Shown here: piece after piece, positions 1-9,638 of the stretch
Position numbering within the stretch: the stretch's first letter is position 1
How the letters are laid out: each line of letters starts with the position of its first letter
Source: Deltaproteobacteria bacterium
GTDB taxonomy: Bacteria > Myxococcota_A > UBA9160 > SMWR01
Length of the DNA stretch: 64,000 nucleotides
Reading direction: 5' to 3'
Assembly (NCBI GenBank): GCA_032128115.1
Contig: JAQBHB010000082.1
Coordinates: 1-64,000, forward strand
The notes under the pieces: generated by a model
Database searches by the model: none
Told to the model about the DNA's origin: nothing
What the model saw: the letters and a program-made list of their open reading frames with translations, nothing else
Position numbers and translations under genes: made by a program

Positions 1-117
1 TCCCCGGGACTTCGGTCCCCTGAAGGGCCGTCCGAGACGAGGACGTTGATAGGCCGGAGGTGGAAGCGCAGCAATGCGTGGAGCTGACCGGTACTAATCG
101 CCCGTGAGGCTTGACCA
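1..117 (+). rRNA. rrl: 23S rRNA, 3' end (truncated by window start)
   Basis: Conserved 23S 3'-terminal motifs (CCTGAAGGG...GTTGATAGG...GAGCTGACCGGTACTAAT..CCGTGAGGCTTGACC) about 120 nt upstream of a 5S gene. End is approximate. Confidence 0.93.
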
Positions 118-236
118 CTCTCTCTCGCATAGCGTACGCAAGATGTTCGTCTTGGACCTGGAAAGAGTTTCGGTCGTCAAGACCGCCGCTTTCAACAAGG
201 ATGTTCTTCAACGAGAATGTCCAGGATATTCGGTTT

Positions 237-354
<118 letters not shown>

Positions 355-363
355 TCTCTTCTG

Positions 364-405
364 GGGCGGCTTCGAGTCGAAACACTCGAAGCCGCCCTTT
401 TTTTT
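364..405 (+). terminator. Rho-independent terminator of the rRNA operon
   Basis: 14-bp stem GGGCGGCTTCGAGT / ACTCGAAGCCGCCC, 6-nt loop, followed by T8. Confidence 0.93.
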
Positions 406-473
406 GCGCGCTGCGCAGATCCGGAGGTGTGCCCGTGAAGCAGGTATCCCGTCGTCAGATGAGGCGATCGCGG

Positions 474-1379
474 TTACATCGGCCGGTCGCGAAATCGGCC
501 GATAAATTCGACAATCGCCTCGTTGACCGCAGGCGCATTCTCCTCGTGCATTCCATGTGAGGCGTCAGGGATTTCGACGCGCTCGACGCTGGCCAGCAGC
601 TCTTCGAGGCGGCCGGTCAGGTGGCGGGCGAAGATGGGGGGACTGTGCTCTCCCGTCATGAGCAGGGTCGGCGCACGGACGCCGCGGACTTCATCGTCGC
701 CAAGCGGCGGGAATCCCGCGCCGAGCATCTGGGCGCGCAGCGCGCTGAGGTTGTCGCGCGCCTGCTGCTTCCGGGCCTCGGGCAGCCGCTCGAAGCGCCC
801 CTTGCCGAGCACGCCTTGTGCGAAGATCAGCATCGCTTTGTCGTTCTCGCCCCGTCGGAAGGCCTTCTGGACGGGGCCGACGGTTCCGACGACGAACTTG
901 AGGATCGCGATCGTCGCCTGAGGCCGGGTCGCAAACAGGCGCAGCAACTCCGACGGGCGCGGAGGCACGCTCCTCACGAAGAGGGGTACAACGGGTGGCT
1001 CCTGGAGCACCAGCGTGCGAACGAGCTCCGGATGCCGGATGGCGGTGAGCAAGCAGATGAAGGCGCCCCAGGAGTTCCCCACGAGGTGCGCGGGTGCGGC
1101 ATCGATCTCCTGCAGGAAGGCGGCGAGATCGTCGACATGCGGCAGCATCGGGTCGTCTGCTTCGGGGTCGATGTCCTCGTTCGGCCGTGCATAGCGACGG
1201 CTGTACGCAATGGCGCGGTGCGAGCGCCCGACGGCCGGCAGTTGCTGCTCCCATGTGCGGAGGTCGCTCTCGCCGCCGTGGACGAAGACGACCGGCTCGC
1301 CCTCGCCCTGTTCGCTATAGGCAAGCGTCGTCCCGTTGACCGTGGCAGTCTTGGTGGCTCCGAATGCGCTGCCCGTCAT
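474..1379 (-). CDS. Alpha/beta fold hydrolase
   Basis: VVFVHG oxyanion motif, GNSWG nucleophile elbow, C-terminal His (ASHGM). Start placed at MTGSAF; the longer ORF extension looks non-coding. Confidence 0.88.
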   Translation of the reverse strand: MTGSAFGATKTATVNGTTLAYSEQGEGEPVVFVHGGESDLRTWEQQLPAVGRSHRAIAYSRRYARPNEDIDPEADDPMLPHVDDLAAFLQEIDAAPAHLVGNSWGAFICLLTAIRHPELVRTLVLQEPPVVPLFVRSVPPRPSELLRLFATRPQATIAILKFVVGTVGPVQKAFRRGENDKAMLIFAQGVLGKGRFERLPEARKQQARDNLSALRAQMLGAGFPPLGDDEVRGVRAPTLLMTGEHSPPIFARHLTGRLEELLASVERVEIPDASHGMHEENAPAVNEAIVEFIGRFRDRPM

Positions 1380-1666
1380 CTCGTGAGTATGGGCCTCGGC
1401 CGCAGGGCCGCCAACCGGGAAGTGCGTCGGCGTGCCGCCCAAGGGGCGCCCACGCCTCGTTGTACCATATGCGGCCAGGCATTTCGAATCGGGGGGCGCG
1501 GGCATGCTCGAGGCGGGAGGGCTCGAGTGCGAGGAGCCCGTCCGGGGTGAGGAACGCCGGTGCGTCCCCCGCCTGCTCTGCGATGCCAAACCGGGTCGGG
1601 CACTCGGGCGGCCTCCCAGAGCGAGCGATGCACGACATTTGACAACCACTTCGCTTGGAGGACTGC

Positions 1667-2428
1667 ATGCGCATCCGACAACTGGCCCTGGCGGCACGCG
1701 AGCTCGATCCGGTGGTGGACGATGTTTGCGCCGTGTTCGATCTGGAGGTGACTTTCCGCGACCCCGGTGTCGGGGAGTTCGGCCTGGTGAACGCCTTGTT
1801 CCGGATGGGAGATTGCTTCCTCGAGGTGGTGGCGCCCGTGCGCGACGACGCGTCTGCGGCTCGCCAGCTGGCGCGGGCCGGCGGCGACACCGGCTACATG
1901 CTGCTGCTGCAGACCGACGACCTGAAGGCCGATCGCGAGCGCCTCGAAGCGCTGGGCGTGCGCATCGTCTGGCAGTTCGAGGCCCACGACATCGCCGCCG
2001 TCCACCTGCACCCGCGAGACGTGGGCGGCGCGATCCTGTCCCTGGACCAACCCCAGCCCCCGGCCTCGTGGCGCTGGGGAGGGCCGGACTGGCAGAGCGA
2101 GCCGCGTGGCGCGGATCTTTCGTGGACCGGGGTCACGCTTCGCGCCGCCGATCCCGACGCCCTGTCCGCGCGCTGGAGCCAGGTGCTTGGCCACCCGCGG
2201 GCAGCGCGCCCCGATGAGCGGGGTGGCGGCTTCGAGATCCGTCTGGAGCGGGGCACGGTCGGCTTCGAATCGGGCGAGGCCAGTGCCCCGGACGCCATCG
2301 GCGCGGCCGAGGTCCGCTGCCGGGAACCGGAAGCCGCGCGGGTACGAGCGCGCGAACGGGGTCTCCCGGTGGAGGGGCGAGCCGTCCGGATCGGCGGTGT
2401 GTGGTTCCGTCTCGAGCCCGTGGCCTGA
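1667..2428 (+). CDS. VOC/glyoxalase-like domain protein
   Basis: GGAGGA RBS before ATG; MRIRQLAL...FGLVNAL..GDCFLEVVAP...GYMLLLQ...LHPRDVGGAILSLD pattern. Confidence 0.78.
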   Translation: MRIRQLALAARELDPVVDDVCAVFDLEVTFRDPGVGEFGLVNALFRMGDCFLEVVAPVRDDASAARQLARAGGDTGYMLLLQTDDLKADRERLEALGVRIVWQFEAHDIAAVHLHPRDVGGAILSLDQPQPPASWRWGGPDWQSEPRGADLSWTGVTLRAADPDALSARWSQVLGHPRAARPDERGGGFEIRLERGTVGFESGEASAPDAIGAAEVRCREPEAARVRARERGLPVEGRAVRIGGVWFRLEPVA

Positions 2429-2473
2429 TATACCCTGAGGGGCGAATCCGCAGACCCACGAAGAGGAGTCGTC

Positions 2474-3301
2474 ATGGCGCAGCCTTCCCTCAATGTCGTT
2501 CCCACCACGGGCGCCCTGGGTGCCGAGATCAGCGGGGTGGATCTATCGGATCTCGACGATGCGACCTTCGCGCAGATCCACGCCGCCTGGCTCGAGCATC
2601 AGGTGCTGTTCTTCCGGGATCAGGACCTGACGCCAGATCAGCACAAGGCCTTCGGGCGGCGCTTCGGAGAGCTCCAGGTGCACCCGTTCCTGCAGTCGCG
2701 CAAAGACGAGGGACATCCGGAGATCATCGTACTCGAGAGCGATGCCGAGCGGCCGACGCTCGCCGCCGGCTGGCACACGGACGTGACGTTCCTTCCGAAT
2801 CCGCCCATGGGTTCGATCCTGCGCGCCATGGAGGTGCCGGCCGTGGGGGGCGACACCCTGTGGTCGAGCATGTACGCGGCCTTTGAATCGCTCTCCGGCG
2901 TCATGCAGGGGCTGCTCTCGAATCTCGTGGCCATCCACGACACGGCGAAGACCTTCTCGCGAGACGCGTATCCCGCCGACAAGCACCCGGAGCGGGGCCA
3001 GATGCCGAGCACCGAGCACCCGGTGGTGCGCACGCATCCCGAAACCGGGCGCAAGGCCCTGTTCGTGAACCGGGCCTTCACGAGCCGCATCGTGGGCATG
3101 CGCAAGCGCGAGTCGGAGACCCTGCTGAACTTCCTTTACGATCTGATCGGCACCCCCGAGTTCACCTGCCGCTTCCGCTGGGAGAAGAACTCGATTGCCA
3201 TCTGGGACAACCGTTGCACCCAACACCGAGCGGTGGCCGACAACGCGAGGGCCCTCCGTCGCATGGAACGGGTGACCATCGAAGGCGACCGCCCGGTCTG
3301 A
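2474..3301 (+). CDS. TauD/TfdA-family alpha-ketoglutarate-dependent dioxygenase
   Basis: GAEISGVDL, HxD (WHTD), GGDTLW, HPVVRTHPETGRK, WDNRCTQH motifs; GAGGAG RBS. Confidence 0.95.
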   Translation: MAQPSLNVVPTTGALGAEISGVDLSDLDDATFAQIHAAWLEHQVLFFRDQDLTPDQHKAFGRRFGELQVHPFLQSRKDEGHPEIIVLESDAERPTLAAGWHTDVTFLPNPPMGSILRAMEVPAVGGDTLWSSMYAAFESLSGVMQGLLSNLVAIHDTAKTFSRDAYPADKHPERGQMPSTEHPVVRTHPETGRKALFVNRAFTSRIVGMRKRESETLLNFLYDLIGTPEFTCRFRWEKNSIAIWDNRCTQHRAVADNARALRRMERVTIEGDRPV

Positions 3302-3316
3302 GGCGGGGGAGGGGAC

Positions 3317-3739
3317 ATGGCCTCGATCTTCACGAAGATCATCAGTGGCGAGCTGCCGGGCCGCTTCGTCTGGAAAGACGAGCACGCGGTGGCGTTCCTC
3401 ACCATCAACCCGGTGAAGCCAGGCCATGCCCTGGTGGTGCCCCGCCGGGAGGTGGATCACTGGATCGATCTGGAACCCGATCTGGCGAAACACCTGATGG
3501 GGGTCTCCCAGGCGGTGGCCCGAGCCATCCAGCGCTGCTTCTCACCGACAAAGGTGGGCTCGGCCGTGGTGGGGATCGAGGTGCCCCACGTGCACATCCA
3601 CCTGATTCCCATCGATTCCATCGCCGATCTGGATTTCTCGAAGGCCGATCCGAACCCCAAGCCCGAGGCCCTCGACGACGCGGCGCGCCGGATCCGCGAC
3701 GCCCTGCGCGATCTGGGCTACGCCGAGGTTTCGGATTAG
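3317..3739 (+). CDS. HIT family protein
   Basis: SIFTKII, PGHALVVP and histidine triad HVHIHL. Confidence 0.95.
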   Translation: MASIFTKIISGELPGRFVWKDEHAVAFLTINPVKPGHALVVPRREVDHWIDLEPDLAKHLMGVSQAVARAIQRCFSPTKVGSAVVGIEVPHVHIHLIPIDSIADLDFSKADPNPKPEALDDAARRIRDALRDLGYAEVSD

Positions 3740-3767
3740 CGCCCTGCGCACTGCGCTGGCGGCGGCG

Positions 3768-4334
3768 TTGGCGCCATGGGGAGTTCTCCCGGCCGCCGCG
3801 GTCGCGGACGTCCTGACTCTCGAGCCGGCGCAGAGCTTCGTGACCTTCACGCTGGGGGCGACGCTCCACACGGTGAAGGGTCGCATCCCCGTCGAGCGCG
3901 GGCGGATCGAGTTCGATCCTGCCGGTGGCGCCGCAAGCGGCGAGATCGTGCTCGACGCCACCGGCGCGAGCACCGGGATCGATGCCCGCGATCGCGAGAT
4001 GCATCAACGCGTTCTGGAGAGCGCGGAATTTCCGCGCATCGTGTTCCGCCCGCAGGAGGTTCGCGTGCTCGAGCGCCCGTCGCGTGACGAAGCGAGTGTC
4101 GAACTCGCAGGTATTCTCGAGATCCGGGGTCTGGTATTCCCCCTGGGCGTCAAGGGTCGCGTCTGGCGCGACGACGCCGGCGCCCACGTCAGCTGCCGCT
4201 TTCCGGCGCCGTATGTAACGTGGGGTCTGAAGGACGTGAGCAATTTCCTGCTGAAGGTCGAGCCGGTGGTGGAGTTGGACATCGATGCGCTGGGAGCGCT
4301 TTTCGTCGACGCCGACGGGCCCGCCCCGAACTAG
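3768..4334 (+). CDS. YceI-family lipid/polyisoprenoid-binding protein
   Basis: S.VTF..HTVKG...STGIDARD.EMH..VLE..EFP.I.F pattern. Start is uncertain (see findings). Confidence 0.8.
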   Translation: MAPWGVLPAAAVADVLTLEPAQSFVTFTLGATLHTVKGRIPVERGRIEFDPAGGAASGEIVLDATGASTGIDARDREMHQRVLESAEFPRIVFRPQEVRVLERPSRDEASVELAGILEIRGLVFPLGVKGRVWRDDAGAHVSCRFPAPYVTWGLKDVSNFLLKVEPVVELDIDALGALFVDADGPAPN

Positions 4335-6640
4335 GCGGGTTCGCTTCGGCTGTTTCCGCGCAGGCGATCCACCGCGACCACCAGGGCCGGCAGCACCAGC
4401 AGCGTGGAAATCAGTGCGCACAGGATCGCCAGGGTCGAGATCAGGCCGAAGTTGGCGACGCTCTGCCAGGGAACCAGGGCCAGCGCGAAGAAGCCGAGCG
4501 CCAGCGCCAGGGACGTGGTGACGATGGCCCGGCCCACCCGGCGCACGGCCTCGCCAACCGCTTCGCTGGGGCCCGCACCTCGTAGGCGCGCGCGTTGAAC
4601 CTGCACAAGCAGATGGATGGCGTCGTCCACGGCGAGGCCCAGCACCACCGCCGCCACCATGGCGCCTCCCACGTCCAGGGCGATGCCCGCAAGTCCCAGG
4701 GCGCCGAGGGTCACGAGGACCGGGAGCAGGGTGGGGACCATGGCCATGGCCGAGAGCCACAGCGAGCGGAAGTAGATCGTCACCAGAGCGAACACGATGA
4801 CTCCGGCCAGGGCGAAGCTCCGCAGCTGGGTGGTGCGGATCTCGTCCACCATTTCGTGCACCACCTGGAGCGGGCCCGTTAGCGTGACGCCCCAGCCGGC
4901 GGGAACCCGAAGCGCGGCAAGTGTCTGCACCTGCGCCAACATGCGCCGCAGGCGATCCTGAGGCGCCTTTTCCGACTCCACGCTCACCCGCAGCATGCCG
5001 GCCTGCTCGTCTACGAACATGGCGAAGGCGCTGCGGTCCTGGCGCCGCATCATCCGGAACAGCGCGGCGGTTCGCTCCGCGTTTTCGTCGCTCGGCGAGA
5101 ACCCGAGTTCCGAGTGGTAGAGCATCCGGTGCAGGCTGCGGACGGGCGCAACGATCGACAGCGCGCGGCCCAGGCCCTCCACCGAAGTCAGGTCGTCCTG
5201 GAGCGCCGCCAACGTGGCGAGAACCTGGGGGGCGCTGGCGGCCACGCCGTCGGGCGGCGTGAGGCCGATCTCCAGGGTGTCGGGTTTGCGCAGGTTCTCG
5301 GAAACGAATCGGGCCCAGCGCACCACGCGGCTGTCGCTGCCGTACAGATCCTCGAAGGTCGCGTCCACCCGCAGTCGCGTGAGGCCTACACCGCAGACCG
5401 CGATCACGGCGGCTGTCCCGGCGAGCACGATCCCCGCGTGCCGACTTCCCACGCTGGCCAACGCGGTTGCGCCACGTTGCCAGGCGCGGGTCGCGTTCAG
5501 ACCCTGGAGCCGACCCGGAGGGACGCGCACCAGGAGCTGCGGCAGGAGCGTGAAGCACAGCAGCCACGCTGAGGCCACGCCGAAGCTCGCGAGCCCTCCG
5601 AATCGGGCGATGCTCTCGAGCCCGCTGATCGCGAACGACGCGAAGCCCGCCGCCGTGGTGAGGGTGGTCATGGCACAGGCGGGTCCCACATCGTCGGCTA
5701 CCTCCAGCAGGACCGTCTCGCGTTCGATCCGGGTATCCGCTGTTTGCGGGCGCGATGCATACGCCGCCAGCACGTGGATCGCGTTGCAGATCCCGATCAC
5801 CAGCACCAGCGGCGCCAGCGCCTGGGTCAGGCTGTTCTGGGCCCAGCCGAGCCAGGCCATGGCGCCGAAGGTCCAGAGCACCGCCACTCCCATGCTGGCC
5901 AGTGCCAGCGCGGCGGCGGCAAAGGAGCCGAACAGGGCCACGATCACCACGGCCACCAGCGCCACCATGATCGGAATCACGCGCGCCGTTCCCGTGGCCA
6001 ACTCTTCGCCCGCCACCACGAACTCCACCGGGCCACCCACCAGATGGAAGCGGAATCCGCGGGTCTCGAAGGGCGCGAGCGCCAACTCGAGTGCCGCCAC
6101 CACGCGGGTGGCCAGGTTTCCCTGGGAGCTCTCCAGGTGGACGATGACGGCGCCGGCCAGGCCGTCGGCGGACACGATCTGGCCCACCCAGAGGGGGTCC
6201 TCGAGCGCCCGGGTCGAGAGGGCGTCCAGGTCGCGGGCCGGTTCTCCCCCGGGCGCGAGCCGCCGCACCTGCGGCAGGCCGATCTCCTGGGGCACGACCA
6301 GGGCGCTGGTGGCGGGGCTGTCCACGCGGCGTACGCCGGGCACCGCTTCGAGCTGGTGCGTCACCGCTTGTGCCATGGCCAGCGACTCGGGGTCGAAGAC
6401 GTCCCGGCACGCCGCCGACTCGCGACAACTCCAGACCGCGACGATGGGAATGCCGCCCACGAAGCGCTCGGCGAACGCATCGAGCCGTACCACCGCCGGG
6501 TGGTCGTGGCCCAGGAAGGCCCGGTAGCCCACCTCGCTCTTCAGGCGCGGCAGTCCCCAGGCGAGCGCCGCGCTCACGATCGCCAACGCGATCAGCGTGC
6601 TCAACGGAAACCGCAGCGAGAATCTCGTGAGGGAAACCAC
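4331..6640 (-). CDS. MMPL/RND-superfamily membrane transporter
   Basis: Two repeats of a periplasmic loop plus TM bundle; TTLTTAAGFASF, GLAVDDAIH, GRAIVTTS motifs. GTG start estimated. Confidence 0.88.
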   Translation of the reverse strand: MVSLTRFSLRFPLSTLIALAIVSAALAWGLPRLKSEVGYRAFLGHDHPAVVRLDAFAERFVGGIPIVAVWSCRESAACRDVFDPESLAMAQAVTHQLEAVPGVRRVDSPATSALVVPQEIGLPQVRRLAPGGEPARDLDALSTRALEDPLWVGQIVSADGLAGAVIVHLESSQGNLATRVVAALELALAPFETRGFRFHLVGGPVEFVVAGEELATGTARVIPIMVALVAVVIVALFGSFAAAALALASMGVAVLWTFGAMAWLGWAQNSLTQALAPLVLVIGICNAIHVLAAYASRPQTADTRIERETVLLEVADDVGPACAMTTLTTAAGFASFAISGLESIARFGGLASFGVASAWLLCFTLLPQLLVRVPPGRLQGLNATRAWQRGATALASVGSRHAGIVLAGTAAVIAVCGVGLTRLRVDATFEDLYGSDSRVVRWARFVSENLRKPDTLEIGLTPPDGVAASAPQVLATLAALQDDLTSVEGLGRALSIVAPVRSLHRMLYHSELGFSPSDENAERTAALFRMMRRQDRSAFAMFVDEQAGMLRVSVESEKAPQDRLRRMLAQVQTLAALRVPAGWGVTLTGPLQVVHEMVDEIRTTQLRSFALAGVIVFALVTIYFRSLWLSAMAMVPTLLPVLVTLGALGLAGIALDVGGAMVAAVVLGLAVDDAIHLLVQVQRARLRGAGPSEAVGEAVRRVGRAIVTTSLALALGFFALALVPWQSVANFGLISTLAILCALISTLLVLPALVVAVDRLRGNSRSEPA

Positions 6641-6650
6641 GCTGGCGAAG

Positions 6651-7745
6651 TCAGAGGCCGTCGGGGTCGACTGCGCTTTCCGGCGCGAGAGGGAGCAGCC
6701 CCTCTTCCAGCAGGAATGCGGCGATGGCCCGCGCCGCGAGCCGGTGCCCACGCGCGTTCGGGTGCAGGGCGTTGACGGCCAGATTCGACGTCGCCTGGGC
6801 GGTGTAGGCGGGGAGCAGGTCGAGTGCCGCAAACGAGCGCTCGCGGGCGGCGCCCCGCACCCGATCGTGAACGCTGGCCAGCGGGTAGTGGTCGAGATCC
6901 AGGAAGATCGGGAACGTCACCAGCAGGGCGGGGATTCCCGCCTCGACGGTGAGCGTTTCCAACTCCAGCAGGCCGTTCTCGATGCGTCGCCACGATTCGG
7001 GATCCGAGTGGAGCTTCGCGTAGTAGTCGGCCCACGAGCCCTGGTGGATTGCGTGCCACTGCAGGTCGGCACGCGGAAGGCGTGTGCCGCCGCCCCCGGC
7101 GAAGGCGCTGTGGAGCGCGTAGCGCGCCAGGGCCGCCAGGCGCGAAAAACCGAGCCAGCCGCTGCCGTGGATCGCTCCCTCCCAGTAGCTGGCCTGGGCG
7201 CGGCTGAGCTCCGCCAGCAGGCTCTCCATCTCGCTGCTGAATTTCTCGGGATCGTTCAAGCAATACTGGTAGATCACCAGGTCCGGCTGGTAGCGAAGGG
7301 CGCGCGCGCGAAGATTCTCCAGCGACTGCGACAGGTCGTAGCCGGTGACGCCGAAGTTCAGTACCTGGACCCGGCGACCCGGGTCGGCCCGGTTCAGGAT
7401 CTGCTCCAACTGGGCGGGCCAGGATTCGGACTGCGATACCCCGAAGCCATAGGTGATGGAATCGCCCATGGCGGCAATCCGGAAGCTGCCGGGTGGCTTC
7501 TTCTCGCTGCGTTCCGGATCGCGCATGCCATCGCGGTTGATGCGAGACTTCTCATCCTTCGAGCCGGGCACCAGCTCGTATCGCAGTGCCGGATTCTTCG
7601 ACAGCCGGTAGTTGTCGCGGTAGACCGCATGGATCTCGGGGCCCAGGTCGAAGATCCGGATGATGGCCTCGCACATCGCGAGGCCCACGAGGATCGACGC
7701 GGCAGCCAGGGCGACCCCTCCGCTCAGGCGTCGGCGCGGTTTCAC
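6651..7745 (-). CDS. Membrane-anchored SGNH/GDSL hydrolase-family protein
   Basis: N-terminal TM; GDSITYG (block I), NFGVTGY (II), LND (III), NALHPN (V). Confidence 0.85.
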   Translation of the reverse strand: MKPRRRLSGGVALAAASILVGLAMCEAIIRIFDLGPEIHAVYRDNYRLSKNPALRYELVPGSKDEKSRINRDGMRDPERSEKKPPGSFRIAAMGDSITYGFGVSQSESWPAQLEQILNRADPGRRVQVLNFGVTGYDLSQSLENLRARALRYQPDLVIYQYCLNDPEKFSSEMESLLAELSRAQASYWEGAIHGSGWLGFSRLAALARYALHSAFAGGGGTRLPRADLQWHAIHQGSWADYYAKLHSDPESWRRIENGLLELETLTVEAGIPALLVTFPIFLDLDHYPLASVHDRVRGAARERSFAALDLLPAYTAQATSNLAVNALHPNARGHRLAARAIAAFLLEEGLLPLAPESAVDPDGL

Positions 7746-9505
7746 GGGGCGCCGTCCCCGTCGAAGACCACCACTTCGTCATCCTCGTGGAGGGGGGGAC
7801 CGAAGACAGCGCGGAGCGCCCGAACCGTTGCGCCGACGAAGGTCGGCTCTCGAGTCACGAATTCCACGTACCCCTGCTGGCGCTCCCCGATCAGCAGGTG
7901 GCGCATCAAGAAGAAGGGCTTCCAGAAGATCTCGCCGCGCTCGCGTTCGGTCTTGCGCTTGCGCGGAAAGGCCTTGTTGAGCACCACCCGGTCGATGCCG
8001 GCCTTCTCGACGAGGCGCGCCACGGGTCTTGCATCCTGCTCCCGGTCCAGGCGCCGGCTGGCCCGGCTCCAGGCCTGGGACTCCCGTGAGAGGGTCTCGT
8101 CCACCGCCAGGGCCGTCACGTAGCCCTGGGGAATCTTCTTCTGGTGCACGAGCTGGCAGTAGTTGTAGCGGGCGTCGAACGCGCTTGGGGCGTGGTGGGT
8201 GGGCAGCTCCACCAGGGATGCCACGTCGCTGGCGTCGGCGATCCGGTGCAGGTACTCGGCGCAGCGGGTCTGGAACATCTGGAGCGGCACGCATGTGAGT
8301 TCGAGGGTGATGGCGGCCGCGCATGCCGCCGCCACAGCCGGCCGCTGGCGCGGCTGCAGCCAGCGCCGGGCCAGGTCCTTCCAGGCCGCCGCGCACAACA
8401 CCGCAAAGGCCAGTTGCGACACGACGAAGAATCGGTTCGACATTCGCAGCAGGCCCAGAACGGGTGTCTCGGCCAGAACCGCATAGGGAAGCGGGATCTG
8501 CGTATCGGTTCCCGCGACGCGAAGCGTCACTCCCAGGCTCAACACCCAGAAGACGGCGCCGACGGCAATCCACCCCTTCTGTTCCCGCAGCCCGCGGAAT
8601 CCTGTGGCCACCAGCAGCAGAGACGAGTACCCCAACAAGGTGGGCCAGGAGACGATGGGGTTGGCCTCGATCATCCAGTTGAAACCCAGCAGGTCGTTGC
8701 CCGCCGGCCGCATCACCAGGTTCGCGACCCCCTCGGCGCCTTCCATCCAACCGCCCACCACGTTGGAAAGCAGCGGCCAGCAGATGGCCGCCATCGCGAC
8801 TCCGGCCGCGGCGCCCGCGAGAAGCAGGCGCCGACGGTCGGGCGCCGCGGCCGGGGGTCCGAAGTGGCGGCCGAATGCCAGCAACCCGAGGGCCACCAGC
8901 GCCGAGTACATGAGGAAGTACGATCCGCTGGCCGCCTGGAGCGCCACGCACACCACGGCCCCAACGGCGTTGCGGGATCCTCCCTCGCGCCAGGTCCGGT
9001 GCAGGAACAGGATCACCAGGGGCAGGAATTCGAAGGTCGCGATGTTGATCTGGGGCATGTAGAAGTAGTGGATCGGGCAGTAGGCGTACAAAAGACCTGC
9101 GATCGCCGCGCCGCTGGGGCTTCCGGTCTGGTCCCGGGCGAGTTCGAAGGCGGCCCACCCGGAGAGCCAGAAGTGCAACCACAGCACCGCGCTGAAGGCC
9201 GCATCCGGGCTCACGACCCCGGACAGCAGGGCCATCGCCAGCGCGTTCAGCGGAGACAGGGTATGGCGGGCCAGGTCGATGCCCGTCGGATAGAACAGGA
9301 AGTCCGTCCACCAGGGCGAGACGTGAAGCTCGAATAGCGACCGACCCAGCCACCAGGCGTTCCACAGGTTCTGGTAGTAGTCGTCGCGAACACTGATGGC
9401 TTCGCCGGGGGAGAACGCCAGGGGCCACGTGAGCGCCAGCGCCGCGGCGGCGAAGAACAGGCCGGCGCGCAGGTCGAAGCGATCGCTGTGGGACCGGGCC
9501 TGCAA
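7742..9505 (-). CDS. Polytopic membrane protein, GT-C/YfhO-like
   Basis: DYYQNLWNAWW, FYPTG, ten or more hydrophobic segments, LPY..L...P....R..NRF loop, soluble C-terminal domain with GY motif. Confidence 0.65.
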   Translation of the reverse strand: MQARSHSDRFDLRAGLFFAAAALALTWPLAFSPGEAISVRDDYYQNLWNAWWLGRSLFELHVSPWWTDFLFYPTGIDLARHTLSPLNALAMALLSGVVSPDAAFSAVLWLHFWLSGWAAFELARDQTGSPSGAAIAGLLYAYCPIHYFYMPQINIATFEFLPLVILFLHRTWREGGSRNAVGAVVCVALQAASGSYFLMYSALVALGLLAFGRHFGPPAAAPDRRRLLLAGAAAGVAMAAICWPLLSNVVGGWMEGAEGVANLVMRPAGNDLLGFNWMIEANPIVSWPTLLGYSSLLLVATGFRGLREQKGWIAVGAVFWVLSLGVTLRVAGTDTQIPLPYAVLAETPVLGLLRMSNRFFVVSQLAFAVLCAAAWKDLARRWLQPRQRPAVAAACAAAITLELTCVPLQMFQTRCAEYLHRIADASDVASLVELPTHHAPSAFDARYNYCQLVHQKKIPQGYVTALAVDETLSRESQAWSRASRRLDREQDARPVARLVEKAGIDRVVLNKAFPRKRKTERERGEIFWKPFFLMRHLLIGERQQGYVEFVTREPTFVGATVRALRAVFGPPLHEDDEVVVFDGDGAP

Positions 9506-9638
9506 GCTCTACCTTCCACCGCCTCGAGGCTTTGCCTGGCCCTTTTCTACGAGAAGCCCGCAGCAACCGCCAGTCGAGGTCAGGCGACTGCCAGATCGGC
9601 GCCAGGCGACGGGGGCACCGTGGTAGCATCGCCCGATC

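Noticed and set aside
2474..3301. Gene symbol tauD / taurine utilisation operon
   Set aside because: Family is clear, but there is no tauABC transporter and the substrate cannot be assigned from sequence.
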